DNA of 64,000 nucleotides from a bacterium (GTDB taxonomy: Bacteria; UBA10199; 2-02-FULL-44-16; JAAZCA01): positions 160,001 to 224,000 of the forward strand of contig CAXXGI010000003.1 in the NCBI GenBank assembly GCA_963674695.2, read 5' to 3'. Positions within the stretch are counted from its first letter, which is position 1. Every line of letters starts with the position of its first letter. The position numbers and the translations under genes are program-made. Shown in pieces: positions 1 to 10,700 of the stretch. Under the pieces are notes generated by a model that worked only from the letters and a program-made list of their open reading frames with translations, did no database searches and was not told the origin of the DNA.

Positions 1-719
1 GCGTCGGTGATGGCGGAGATGAGTTTGATGCGCGCGCCGATGGGGCAGGTTCCGCCTAAAGATCGGAGCCGTGTATTCGGCAGGTGATACGGTTCGCGCA
101 CGATGTATTGCAGGCGCTTCGAGGTGATGGGGAGCTTCTTGCCTCCGGCCGAACAGAGCGCTGCGGTCGAGCCGGGACCGGCGGCGAACCAGATGCCGGA
201 GCTGCGCTGTTTCTCCGAGCGGTCCTTCACGCGAAGGGTATAGCGCACCATCTCCGCCGGCGATCGCGCGGCCAACAGGATGTCGTTGATGGCGCGATGG
301 GGCAGACGCTTGCCCTCGATGCGTACATCGAGCAGCGGAAGTCGCGTCGGTCGATGCCTTCCCTCGAGGATGTCATCGAGATAGGCGCCGAAGGTCTTTG
401 CCGTCGTTGCACAGTAGAATCCGATCGAATGCCCCGGCATGGAATTGACGCCGAGCACCGGCGTGCCGTTCGCATCGTGGGCGCCGGCCATGAACGTGCC
501 ATCCCCCCCGATGGTGATGATGGCGTCCGCCTTCCAGCGCTGTCCCAGCTTTCGACGCGTGATGATACGACAGGCGATATCGCGGTGGGCGAGTTCGCGC
601 TCGACGCGTTCGCGCGTCGTTTCATGCATGCGGCCCAGCTGCTCGAGACGCCGGGCATTGACGCCGGAGGTCCCCTGCAGGCTCCCTTTGAAGACGACGA
701 GAACGGTGTTGAGTTTCAT
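1..719 (-). CDS. nadK: NAD(+) kinase (3' end outside window)
   Basis: Absent from the ORF track because it runs off the edge. Manual translation from ATG at 719: MKLNTVLVVF...IITIGGDGTFM...VLGVNS...AINDILL...RSSGIWFAAGPGSTAA, showing the GGDGT, ND and GST motifs of NAD kinases. Confidence 0.88.
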   Translation of the reverse strand, partial: MKLNTVLVVFKGSLQGTSGVNARRLEQLGRMHETTRERVERELAHRDIACRIITRRKLGQRWKADAIITIGGDGTFMAGAHDANGTPVLGVNSMPGHSIGFYCATTAKTFGAYLDDILEGRHRPTRLPLLDVRIEGKRLPHRAINDILLAARSPAEMVRYTLRVKDRSEKQRSSGIWFAAGPGSTAALCSAGGKKLPITSKRLQYIVREPYHLPNTRLRSLGGTCPIGARIKLISAITD

Positions 720-764
720 AACGGTAATGTATACTACTGTCACTTCATCTTGCAAGGGGGGTTC

Positions 765-1316
765 GTGGGATTCTTTCGAAAGAAACCGCGGCGCATCGCG
801 TTGTTCGGAGGGTCGTTCGATCCACCGCATATCGGGCACAGCGAGATCTGTCGGTGGTGTTTCAAACATAATCACTTCGACGAACTCTGGATCATCCCCT
901 GTTACCACCATCCGCTCGGGAAACAGCTCATCTCGTTTGATGACCGTCTCGCCATGTGCCGACTGGCATTCGGAAAACTCAACCTCCCGCTCCAGGTCCT
1001 CGACGTCGAACGTCGGCTCGGCGGAAAGAGTCACACGCTGCGCACCATTTTACAGCTCATGGCCGATCATCCCGAGGATATCTTCACCCTCATCACGGGC
1101 GGCGATATCGACCGCGAGAAGAGGAAGTGGCACGAGTTTGAAAAGATTCACGACCTGGTCCAGATTGTCAGCATTCCTCGCGGCGAGCACTCGCCCATCC
1201 CCGATGTCAGTTCCACGCGCGTGCGCTGGCTGATTTCGGAAAACGAGTCCTTCACCGATCTCGTTGAAAAAGAGGTCGCCATCTACATCATCACCAAGAC
1301 GCTCTATCGGTCATGA
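765..1316 (+). CDS. nadD: Nicotinate-nucleotide adenylyltransferase
   Basis: IALFGGSFDPPHIGH, DRLAM, SHTLRT and SSTRVR motifs. Start placed at GTG 765; the upstream part of ORF 84..1316 overlaps the NAD kinase on the other strand. Confidence 0.92.
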   Translation: MGFFRKKPRRIALFGGSFDPPHIGHSEICRWCFKHNHFDELWIIPCYHHPLGKQLISFDDRLAMCRLAFGKLNLPLQVLDVERRLGGKSHTLRTILQLMADHPEDIFTLITGGDIDREKRKWHEFEKIHDLVQIVSIPRGEHSPIPDVSSTRVRWLISENESFTDLVEKEVAIYIITKTLYRS

Positions 1317-1327
1317 AGATCCATGTC

Positions 1328-1485
1328 TGCATGAGAACAACGTTCATCCGACTCCTCGAGCGGCTTCTTCGAGCAGCGCGTTCGAAGCCTCTTATTCTGC
1401 GCTGCGAGAAGAGCAGGTGACGAACCGGCGTGTGAGGTGAGGACCCGTAAGCGAGAGGAGTCGGATGAACGTTGTTCTCATGCAG
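1328..1485. repeat. 31-bp perfect inverted repeat enclosing ~96 nt (MITE-like or structured RNA)
   Basis: CTGCATGAGAACAACGTTCATCCGACTCCTC at 1328-1358 and its exact reverse complement at 1455-1485, between convergent genes. Confidence 0.8.
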
Positions 1486-1494
1486 CAGCGGCAC

Positions 1495-3246
1495 TTATCG
1501 GCCGATCGAGAATCCCAGCATTCCCATCGGTTCGATCTGATACCCCTTCGGAAAGAGTTTGTGCGCCATCACCCGTCCGCCAAAGATGATGCCGGAGCCC
1601 GACTCCTTTCCGTTGAAGGGGATGATGAAGTCGAAGCCAAACATGCCGCCGACGCCATTTTTGGCGTCTTCGCCACCGCCGAAGACGGTCTTGGTCGACA
1701 GCCCCAGCGACGCGCGCGTGTAGGGCGTTGGCACCCACTGCATGCCCAAGACCGAATCGATATCGGTGTTGGTGTGTGCATCGCGATACGTTTTGTCCTG
1801 CGTCGGATGATTGGCCATGTTGTCCAGCGAGAGCTGTGGCGAGGACATGATCGATTCGGTGAAGAACTGCCATTTGGACGTGGGGAAGTCGGCCATCGAT
1901 TTGTGCACGACGACCGCGGCACGCATGCCTCGCTTCGAGCCGAAGACTCCCGAGATACCGTAGGCATAGTCGGTGCGCTCGATCGTGTTGCGTCCCGTGG
2001 CGGCAGGTGAAAGGGCGATGTTGGTGTTGGCGCCAAAGGCACCGGCGGCCAGCACATCGCTGCCCGTTCCCGCGCCGATGAGGCCGAAGACGGTGTTCAG
2101 TCCGAACATCGTTCCGTTGATCGCCGCTTCGCGCCAGGTGACCTCGGCATCGGTCATGTGCCGGCGTTTCTCCGAGGTGTGTGTTCCGGCGATGGCGTGG
2201 CCTAAGCCGCGTCCCACGCCGAAGAGATCGCTCACGCCCGCGCTCTTGCCCGCGTCTCCATCCGAGGCGAGAAAGCCGGCGCCGCCTGCCGCGTAGGCGC
2301 CCAGGAAGATCCAGTAGCCGATCGGTCCCGCGCGCAGCGGCACTTCCAAATCGTTGCCCATGGCCCCCATGAAGCTGGGAGCGGCCTGGATGATCGGCGT
2401 GTTCACCATGCTGCCGCGATCGTTCGATGCATTCAGCGTCTCTTCGCCGAGGTGGTCGGTCAGCGCGTCCATCGGGTCGTTCACCGCTGCATTCATCCCC
2501 CATCGCGAGACGAGTTTGTGGCCGAAGGTAAAGGCGCCCTGTGTCAGCCCCATCGCGCCCAGATCCCTGTCCGCTTCCGGACCGCCGCGCACGCTGCCGC
2601 AGCCGTAGCCGATGCTGAGTTGAAACATGAGCGAGAGGTTGATGCGATTGTGTTCGGAGCCCTCGCCGGAATACTGCACGCCGTAGTTGAATGCGGGCCC
2701 GACGGAAAAGGCCGCTCCGTTTCGTCCCCAGGGCTGAAACTCTCCGCGCAGCGCTGTTTCCGAACCGATGTCGAAGGTCTTTCCCACCTTCTTCCCGAAG
2801 GAGAGCGTTTCCTCGCCCAGATAGTCGCGATCCGGTTGACCGATGGTCGATTCGCCAAACCCGATGTACGGTTTCGTTTCCGTGTTGAGCGCCATGTCGA
2901 AGACGTCATGGCGATCGTAGTGCGCATGGCTGCGCTTGATCTTGCTGAAGGAAAGTGCCAGTCCCCAATGCGTATTCTCGGTGGTCGTTCCCTCGACGAA
3001 GTTCGAGGCGAGGTCGAGCTTGCCGCTGGTGGAGGCATAGTTGAACTTCAGCCCCAGGCCGAAGCGCTCGGTGAAACTCTCCGCCAGTTCATACTGCGCG
3101 CCCGCATCGATGCCCCAGCCTCCTTCGGAGACAGAGGTGTCCACCATCCACGCCGGAGCGAGCGTCACCGAAAAACCGGAGCGCTGCCCAAGCGATTCGG
3201 TCGCGGGCTTACGGCTGCGCTTTGGAACCAGAAGTGTTTCACCCAT
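1495..3246 (-). CDS. Hypothetical protein with outer-membrane beta-barrel-like regions and a central Gly/Ala-rich hydrophobic segment
   Basis: Alternating beta-strand patterns (WGIDAGAQYE, FGLGLKFNY, LSLMFQLSIGY) and C-terminus GMLGFSIGR. Start moved to MGETLL because the ORF-track N-terminus is translated 8-mer repeat. Confidence 0.65.
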   Translation of the reverse strand: MGETLLVPKRSRKPATESLGQRSGFSVTLAPAWMVDTSVSEGGWGIDAGAQYELAESFTERFGLGLKFNYASTSGKLDLASNFVEGTTTENTHWGLALSFSKIKRSHAHYDRHDVFDMALNTETKPYIGFGESTIGQPDRDYLGEETLSFGKKVGKTFDIGSETALRGEFQPWGRNGAAFSVGPAFNYGVQYSGEGSEHNRINLSLMFQLSIGYGCGSVRGGPEADRDLGAMGLTQGAFTFGHKLVSRWGMNAAVNDPMDALTDHLGEETLNASNDRGSMVNTPIIQAAPSFMGAMGNDLEVPLRAGPIGYWIFLGAYAAGGAGFLASDGDAGKSAGVSDLFGVGRGLGHAIAGTHTSEKRRHMTDAEVTWREAAINGTMFGLNTVFGLIGAGTGSDVLAAGAFGANTNIALSPAATGRNTIERTDYAYGISGVFGSKRGMRAAVVVHKSMADFPTSKWQFFTESIMSSPQLSLDNMANHPTQDKTYRDAHTNTDIDSVLGMQWVPTPYTRASLGLSTKTVFGGGEDAKNGVGGMFGFDFIIPFNGKESGSGIIFGGRVMAHKLFPKGYQIEPMGMLGFSIGR

Positions 3247-3262
3247 AATTTGCTCGCGTGAT

Positions 3263-3379
3263 CGTGAGATGGTGAGATGGCTCAATCGCGAGATAGCCAA
3301 ATAGCAATTATACGATTTTGCCGTTAAGCCATCTCACCATCTCACCATTCAGCCATCTCACCAGTTTGCCATCTCACCA
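3263..3379. repeat. Inverted array of degenerate 8-mers (GAGATGGT / CCATCTCA)
   Basis: gtgagatggtgagatggct... faces ...gccatctcaccatctcaccattcagccatctcacc; same unit as 54474-54650. Confidence 0.8.
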
Positions 3380-3380
3380 G

Positions 3381-6300
3381 TTAATCCATGATCGAAATCT
3401 GTCCGATGGCGTCGCGTTCGTTGAACGTGGCATCGAAGCAACGCGCGCCTTCGAAATCCTCCTCGCGTCCTTGCGGATCGCAGAGCCATCCGTTGAGGAC
3501 GACGAATATCATCACATCCTTGAACGCGAAGGAGAGGTCGTCGGATGATCCAAACTTGCCCGCCGTCACGAATGTGACCGCGCCCGTTTCCGGATCGACG
3601 TTGCGGCCGCGCATGTAGGCCGAGCCGCCGGTGAAGTCGTTGTCATCCTCCGGGCACCCCGCCGGGATCGTCGCCTCCGCATCCCGGAAGAGGAGTTCCT
3701 GCAGATATTTCCAGGAGCTGTAGCGCTTGCCGTTGATCATGGCATTCTGCGTGTTGTTCTCGCAGATGCCCGGCATGCCGGCCGCTTCGAGCTGCGGATC
3801 GTTCAGGTTGATCTTGAACTCCCCCTTGGCCAGGTCGATGCGCGTGTCCGGAAGCGTGTTCGGTTCCTCAGGATCCTCCTGGGGCTTGAGCACGTCCGTG
3901 GTGAACGACATTTGGAAGACCGCGTCCAGCGGCGGCTTGGGTCCGAGCGGTCCGCCCGGATTGTGAAAGTAGGTCGGTCCGAAGAAGCGCAGTCCCGCCT
4001 CCTCGAAGGTGATTGAGCCGTCGACGGAGTAATGGCCCGTGTTGATGTCCTGAAGGTTCTGTCGCTCGCCGATGCGGTTGCAGAGGTTTTCATATTCGCC
4101 ACCGGGCATCTCCTCTTTCGTGTGAAAGGCCGGGCTATCGTAGCGTCCGCCCGAGGCATAGAAGAAGGCACACGCACCGCGGCCATTCACGGCTCCCTCG
4201 TCGGTAAATACCTTCAGGCCCTCAGCGCTGCAGGGGTTGACCACCTCGCAGCTCGACGGATAGGCCGGCCGCTCGGCCGGTGGCGCCAGGGGCCCGGGAT
4301 AGGAGAGCGTCGTCGTGAAGATGCGCCATCCGTTCGCACGCGCGCCATCGGGCACGTTGGGAAAGTCATCGAAGATGCCGCGCTCGCCCGGGGCGAGTCC
4401 CGCATCGTGGAGCAGGCTCGCATAGTTGAAGAATGCCTCATCATCATAAGTATCATTCACCGGGTGCGTGTCCAACGCCCGGAAGATGGCGGTGCCACCG
4501 TCATCGGGTGTGGAGACCTTCTCCGTTCCGTCGATCGACATGATCGTCATCTCGTCGAACGGATCCAGGATGAAGGCGCTGGTGAAAACCTGGAGATCGC
4601 TCTCCTTCGCCGTTCCGTTTGCAAGGGCGCTCTCCATCTCGTCGCGTGAGGCGATGGAGGAGAGTCCTGGAAACTGTGGGTTGAGGATGGCGGCCATCGT
4701 TTGTGTGACACGCAGCACCATGTGCCCACGGAGCGGATCGATCGCGGCCAGGAGCGTTCCCGTCAGCTCCGCTTTGCGGGTGCTGCCATCCGGGTTGCGC
4801 GCCGGCACGTTCTGGGCGTCGAGCTCGAGTGCCTCGATCCGAATGGTCGCCCGATAGAGGTGCTTGAGTGGGGCGCCTTCGTCGCGGTGAAAGTTGACAC
4901 ATCCGAACAGCGGCATCGTCTCCGTCGAATAGGCGCCAGGGGCCATGTCGAATCCGGGAGGGGCGAGCGAGACGGGGGTGAGATCGAAGATCTCGTCGAT
5001 CATCTCGCCGCTGGTCTCGTCGATGATGGGCACGCTGCAGCGCATGCCCTTTCCCTCAGCGGGTTGCACCGCAGCGATCTTCTCCTTCGTATCAAACCAT
5101 TGGAAACTATCGGCGTCTTCGCCATCGATTGCGATGGCGGTGATGCGCAGCGTGTTCGCAGCGCTGTCGGCCACGCGCAGGAAGAGCGGCACCCCCAGAT
5201 CGGTGGTCGCGGCCGTCACGCCGCGGAAGGGGAAGGTGCGTCCGTTCGAGACGTACTTCGTGCCGATGCTCGTTTTGAAATAGAGTTCGAGCGACGGGGT
5301 CTCGGTGATGGTCGTTTTTCCCGTCACCACCGTCGTGATCGGGCCGCTTTCCGTCTCGATGGTGAGCATCGCCTTGTCGGTGGCGGCACTGCCCACGCCC
5401 GCTTGTCCGCCATCGTGGCCCACGAGGTCGGTCGGCTCATAGACGACCACGACATAGGCCGTCGTCTCGCGATATCCGGGCTGATAGGGGGGCAGCGTGA
5501 TCGGAAGTGTGGTCCCCTGAAACCCTTTTCCTTCGAGTGCACGCGCAACGCGGCTCGAGATGGCCTCAAATGAATCGGCGATGAAGATTGCGCCGTCGGG
5601 CACGCGGAACTGTTGCGGTGAGCGGCTCTCGTTCAGCTCGTCGATGTGCACGCTCGTGATCGTGAGGTCTTCGACCCCCTTGTTGCGGATGGCCAAGACC
5701 TGTTTCCGTGCCGGAAGCGCGGTTTCGCCCGTGCCCTTCAAATCGATGGTGAGCATCGGCGCGGCATCCGCTTCTATCGGTTGGCACTGATCATCGACTT
5801 CGCTCAAAGGACGCCCGGTCGTCGAAACCGGCAGGAGCTCGCAGGGCGTGCGCGAAGGATCGGGGCAGTCGGCACATTGGGTGAAAAGCTCGGCTTCACC
5901 GCACGTCTTTTTCTGACAATGAAAGAAGCGGCGCTCGGCGTTGGCCGTGACCGCAGCTGACCCGACCTCGACATCTTCGACATTCGGAGCGGTAACGCTC
6001 CCCGCTTCGTCGACCACATCAACGCTGCCCGCGCCTTGCTGGCTCAGCGCGACGCCGACGAGGGTGAATCCATCCGACCCGATCGAGAGCGTCTCCATCA
6101 CCTCGCCGGGTTCCGCATCGATGAGCGTTGGGCGGAAGATGACGGTGAGCGTGAGCGTCTGCTGCGGGCGCAGGGTTCCGGTGAGCGGATCCATCGACGA
6201 GAGATGAAAGGCGCCCTTGCGCGGGGGGATCTGATAATGCTGCGGTTGTGACGAGATGTTCTTCACCCGAAAGCGGGCGCTGGCTTCGAAGCGTTCGCCC

Positions 6301-7151
6301 ACATCCGTAGACGCTTCCGCGATGAACGTCCCGGTCGAGACCTTCATCTGCGCATCGTCGGGCAGGCGCGCCTCGGTCTGTGCGCCGCTCGCATCGACGA
6401 TGATCTTCTTGACCTCGATGGAGTGCTCGCCGTCTCCACCGCCACATTGTGACAGGGTCGGTTGAATCGAGCCGGTGAACGTCCCCGTGAGTGATGCGCC
6501 CATGAGGAATTCGTCGGCGGCATCGATGGTGTGCCCGAGTACCGTTCCGACCACGATCGTCATCGCTCCGCTGGCATCCGGTGGTGAGCCGGTTGCAGCG
6601 GGCAGGTGCGGAAGCTCATCGGTGCTGCCGGTGGTGAGCGTGAGGTTGGGGATCTCCGCTTCGACGCCGAGCGCGACGATGTAGAGCGAAAATCCGTCGA
6701 TCGTCATGTTGCCGGTGCTGTCGATCGGGCCTTCGCCGACATTGCTGCTGCCATCGCCGATGCCGCGCGCGTTGATCGTAATGGGCACGGGCAGTCCGTG
6801 CCCCTCGGCCTGAACGTCGGGAAATTCATTCCCTCGAATCGAGGCCGTGTTGCCGTTCACATGGATGGGGAAGGCGGGTACTTCCGCGCAGAGCGCTTCG
6901 CCCCCCGGGTCGGCGCCGACGGAGATCTCATCCCCCTTGATGGTGACGCAGAGCTGCGAGGTGAACGAGAGCGTGCAGTTGCGCGAGCCGGTGCCTTCGC
7001 TCGCCTGAGGGCTAGCGTCATCGCTTCCCTCGGGCGGCGGAAAATAGACGGGCGTAAAATCCTCGCCAGCGCAGCCGGCGATGAAAGCCGCCAGCAGCGT
7101 CAGCGCGATCAGGCGCCACCGATGTTGTCGATTCTGTTTTCGCATCATCAT
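3381..7151 (-). CDS. Large (1256 aa) lipoprotein with Ig-like (ASH/choice-of-anchor D type) domains
   Basis: Signal peptide with lipobox FIAGC; Ig-like segments (FRVKNISS...LTVIFRP; VLAIRNKG...VVVYEP); paired Cys; uninterrupted ORF. Confidence 0.8.
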   Translation of the reverse strand: MMMRKQNRQHRWRLIALTLLAAFIAGCAGEDFTPVYFPPPEGSDDASPQASEGTGSRNCTLSFTSQLCVTIKGDEISVGADPGGEALCAEVPAFPIHVNGNTASIRGNEFPDVQAEGHGLPVPITINARGIGDGSSNVGEGPIDSTGNMTIDGFSLYIVALGVEAEIPNLTLTTGSTDELPHLPAATGSPPDASGAMTIVVGTVLGHTIDAADEFLMGASLTGTFTGSIQPTLSQCGGGDGEHSIEVKKIIVDASGAQTEARLPDDAQMKVSTGTFIAEASTDVGERFEASARFRVKNISSQPQHYQIPPRKGAFHLSSMDPLTGTLRPQQTLTLTVIFRPTLIDAEPGEVMETLSIGSDGFTLVGVALSQQGAGSVDVVDEAGSVTAPNVEDVEVGSAAVTANAERRFFHCQKKTCGEAELFTQCADCPDPSRTPCELLPVSTTGRPLSEVDDQCQPIEADAAPMLTIDLKGTGETALPARKQVLAIRNKGVEDLTITSVHIDELNESRSPQQFRVPDGAIFIADSFEAISSRVARALEGKGFQGTTLPITLPPYQPGYRETTAYVVVVYEPTDLVGHDGGQAGVGSAATDKAMLTIETESGPITTVVTGKTTITETPSLELYFKTSIGTKYVSNGRTFPFRGVTAATTDLGVPLFLRVADSAANTLRITAIAIDGEDADSFQWFDTKEKIAAVQPAEGKGMRCSVPIIDETSGEMIDEIFDLTPVSLAPPGFDMAPGAYSTETMPLFGCVNFHRDEGAPLKHLYRATIRIEALELDAQNVPARNPDGSTRKAELTGTLLAAIDPLRGHMVLRVTQTMAAILNPQFPGLSSIASRDEMESALANGTAKESDLQVFTSAFILDPFDEMTIMSIDGTEKVSTPDDGGTAIFRALDTHPVNDTYDDEAFFNYASLLHDAGLAPGERGIFDDFPNVPDGARANGWRIFTTTLSYPGPLAPPAERPAYPSSCEVVNPCSAEGLKVFTDEGAVNGRGACAFFYASGGRYDSPAFHTKEEMPGGEYENLCNRIGERQNLQDINTGHYSVDGSITFEEAGLRFFGPTYFHNPGGPLGPKPPLDAVFQMSFTTDVLKPQEDPEEPNTLPDTRIDLAKGEFKINLNDPQLEAAGMPGICENNTQNAMINGKRYSSWKYLQELLFRDAEATIPAGCPEDDNDFTGGSAYMRGRNVDPETGAVTFVTAGKFGSSDDLSFAFKDVMIFVVLNGWLCDPQGREEDFEGARCFDATFNERDAIGQISIMD

Positions 7152-7175
7152 AAGGGAGGGGATTTTATCCCCTTC

Positions 7176-7320
7176 AGATTGCTGACAAAGTCTTCTCGTG
7201 CTGTCATTCTTGTAAAACCAAAGATTGTCATTCCCGCGCAGGCGGGAATCTCGCTTTTAACGGCACACCGAGATCCCCGCTTTCGCGGGGATGACAACAT
7301 CTCGGGTTTGTCATCAACCT
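7176..7320. mobile_element. MITE copy 1 with imperfect TIRs carrying a REP-like hairpin doublet
   Basis: Ends AGATTGCTGACAAA / TTTGTCATCAACCT; highly similar to 11082-11231; a GGGGAT..ATCCCC hairpin lies on both sides; internal doublet 7225-7297. Confidence 0.72.
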
Positions 7321-7344
7321 CAGGGGATCATCCCCATGGACTTC

Positions 7345-7372
7345 GTATCGACCACGCGGCGGAAAAGTTGCG
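7345..7372 (-). promoter_or_regulatory. Bipartite promoter-like motif CGCAAC-N14-GTCGATAC
   Basis: Minus strand CGCAAC TTTTCCGCCGCGTG GTCGATAC, facing the 1256-aa lipoprotein gene across the MITE. Confidence 0.65.
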
Positions 7373-7488
7373 TGATTTCGCCGGATCGTTTCGATTACTG
7401 TGGGGAAGGGACCACAAGGTGGCAGATGACGGCAATACGCGGTGTTCCGGCGCCCTGCGTCAGAGATGACGCCCTGCCCCTTTTTTTA

Positions 7489-7516
7489 CGCAACTTTTTG
7501 GGCGAGGAGACGAAAA
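7489..7516 (+). promoter_or_regulatory. Degenerate copy of the bipartite motif (CGCAAC-N14-GACGAAAA)
   Basis: CGCAAC TTTTTGGGCGAGGA GACGAAAA, facing the gene at 7713; -10 half degenerate. Confidence 0.4.
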
Positions 7517-7602
7517 GGGTCACGAACAGGAGACACCCGACCCGATATCGATGATTCGATTGTGGGCAGGGGTGTCATGTGAGTCGACGATGAGATTATG
7601 GT

Positions 7603-7673
7603 TGTCATCCTCGCGAAAGCGGGGATCTCGATTGGCCATTACATGCGAGATTCCCGCCTGCGCGGGAATGACA
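7603..7673. repeat. REP-like hairpin doublet (GTCATTCCCGC..GCGGGAATC family)
   Basis: TGTCATCCTCGCGAAAGCGGGGATCTCG...CGAGATTCCCGCCTGCGCGGGAATGACA; seven copies in the window. Confidence 0.85.
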
Positions 7674-7712
7674 GCATGAAAACACATGCGGCACGTTGAT
7701 CTTCTCTTATAT

Positions 7713-10700
7713 ATGATGAAACGCATTGTTGGGACATGCCTTCTGCTTCTCCTCATCGTCTTCGGTGCGCCGGTGTCGGCGCATGCCGGCGTGGGCGATT
7801 GGGTTGCGCATGCCAAGAGTTGGTGGTCAGCGCATACGCTCGATTCGAACGGCGTGATTGCTGATCCGAAATTCGATGTGGCTGAAGAAACCGAACCCGT
7901 TCCAGAACCCGCAGATCCCGAAGAGGAGGAGTCGGAAGAGGAAGAGGGCGGGCGCAGGGCGCGCGTTCCGGGCATGTGTGTGGTGCCGCAGGAGCCAGCG
8001 GTCACCGCCTGTGAGATCGGTTCCGGTTTTATCTGCGTCAATACGCCACCGGGCGGCGTGGACGGCGACACCGTGCGCATTCGCGGGACGATCGACCGGC
8101 GCGGATCTGTGCTCGCCTCCATTCGGATAGCGGCGCAGAACGAATATACGAAACGCATCGCCGAGGTCGACACGAGTGAACCGGCCGAGAGCGACTGTTG
8201 GAAAGAGTCGCCGCCCGATCGTCCCTTCTGTATCGATGGTGAAGGACGTTTCTCCGCGCTCGTCGCCCTGGCCGATCCCGGGCCGGCGACGATCACCGTG
8301 ACCGGCAGCCGTCTCTCGGGCGAGAGCCTCGAGCGCCGCGTGCGCGTGAGTCGCGTGATCGCCCCCGAGTTGGGCTTCGATCGCATTCAATTCGATCCGG
8401 ATGTGACCGCGGGCGGGGCGGTCGACGCTCCCATCGTTACCGCTACCGTCGATCTGCTGGGGGACTGTCAGTTCTGTGACTTTATCGGTGCTTCGACCGG
8501 CGGTATCACGGTGACGGCCGAGAACGTCGTCGTCTCTGCCGATGGGACGACCCGGCGGGTGAGTTGTCCGACGACGGTCGAACAGGGCGGGCAGGGGCGC
8601 TTCCTCATCGGTGTGCCGGTCCTGTCCGGTCAGAATACGCTCACCGTTCGCGCGTGCAATGCCGCGGTCGAGGGGCATTGTCCCGAGGTGAGCGGCATCA
8701 CCTTTTCGGGTGCGGCCGGGGAGATGAATTTTGACATTCAGTCGCCGCCGCCGCAGCCGGCCTATGATGCGGCCGACTATCCCAAAATTCCCTGGAGCTT
8801 TTCGCTCGGCGACGGTGCCGGTTGCATCTCGATGCAGTTCAACCGCGAAGGCCCTGCCGAACTCTGCCCGGATGCATCGGGCATCTATCACGCTGAACTC
8901 CATCCGCGTTCCGGCATCAATGTGGCCACGCTTGCCCCCGACGGGGTGACCGAGGCGTTTGCCTGGAGCTTCGGCTGGGGGACGATCGAGAGTCCGCATG
9001 CGAAGGGGGCCCGCGGGCGCATGACGGTGCCGAGTGCGGCGCAGTTGGCGCTGCCCGCGCGGACGGCCGAGCGCATGCTCATCCCCTTCATCAATAACTT
9101 TTTAGCCTCCGACGAGTTTCAGGACCTCATCGCCGATTTTAAGATGGGCGGTGATGAGAAGAAGGATGCATCCGACGACGAGGATTTCTCGCACCTCGTT
9201 CCGAAGTGCGGTGGGACAGCGTCGTCCGGCTTTCGCATCGCGTTGCGCGGAAAGCCGAAGCTGGGTCACGCCGAGATTCGCGATGCGACATTCGAGACAG
9301 ATGCGGTGGCGCTGGATGTGCGCATCAAGAACCTCTCCGCCGGCATCGATCTCCATCCCGATAACGGCAATGCGCCGCTTCCGCTCACGGTCGTCTTTCG
9401 TCGAGCGAAGTTCGATATTCGCCTCGAGATCGCCCAAGGCTCTGACGGCGAGGCGATGGCGCTCGTCACCAGCCCGCATGACGACTGTGATTTCAAGCGG
9501 GGGAGCTACTGCCAGCACAAGCCGACCTCGCTCATCCCGCAGCATTATGTCGGCGGGGCGCATACCTACGGCGGGTTCATCCGCTGCGAGGTCGCGCTCG
9601 CATCCGGTGGAGCGAAGAAGGCGTGCAAGGCGTTCAACTCGCTCAACGCCATGACCGGCGTCATCGGCGAGAAGGTCCTCGATGCGATCAACGATATGAT
9701 CTACTGCGGCGGGTCGGCGGCGCTCACCAAGCTCATGCGGCGTGGCATCGCGCTCGAACCGATCGAGCTGGGCTGTGCCGAAGGGGAAGCGTGCGAGGGG
9801 ACGCTCACAAAGCTTCTGCCTCCATTGCGTCTGCCGTTGGGAGTGTCGCTCGACGACGGTCTCGATCTGTCGAGCCAGGGCCTGCTCGTGAGCGCAGGAA
9901 TGTCCGTGGGAGACGCAGATCTCTTCAGCCACACGCCGAAGTCAGCGCGCGTGGATTCGGCAGGACTCATCCGCGTGCGCGACGATGATGAAGGAGCGAT
10001 CTCCAGCGCGAGTGCGGGAGGAAAAGATTTGACTGCCGCCCTCTCGCTCGATGCGATCAACGCGCTGCTCTTTGCCCTCGTCGCGCAGGGCGATGGGGGG
10101 GACTATCGAGGCCTGTTGGATATCGATGTTCATGAACACCTCTTCAACGATCTTGGATTCGACTTCGTCAAGGAGTGCGATCAGTTCGTGCCGATTCCCG
10201 GTGAGGCGGAGGCGCCGCCCACGCTCTGTCATCTGCGTCCGCGGGTCGGCGAGATGTTGGGTTCAGCGCTGTCGACCTATGGCTACTTCGAACAGAACCA
10301 GCCCTTGCTCCTGGCCATTCGGGGAAATCGCGCGCTCGGGCCACGCCTGGCGGTGACCTCTCTCGATGAACTGCCGGTGGTCTCTCGCGCGGGCAACGAC
10401 AACCCCGCCATGGACGGCGGCGGCGATGCCGACGTTCCCGAGGGTTCGCTCGTCGAACTCCAGCTCGGCGGGGTGACGCTCTCGTTCTATGCCCTGGATG
10501 CCGATCGGCCCTACGATGCCGACGGCGCCTTTCGCATTCAGTCGATGCGTCCGGAGCTCGATGACCCCTGGGACGGTCCGATCGTCAGCTTCGATCTGAC
10601 GCTCCTGCTCGGCATCGAGGTAGGCGACATCGAACTCGAAGTCCCCGAGGAGTGGGATGATCAAGGGCAGGAACAATTCGTTACGACCGTGCGCACGCTC

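Noticed and set aside
84-764. 227-aa N-terminal extension of NadD in the ORF track
   Set aside because: It is the antisense shadow of the NAD kinase gene; NadD motifs start at about 765.
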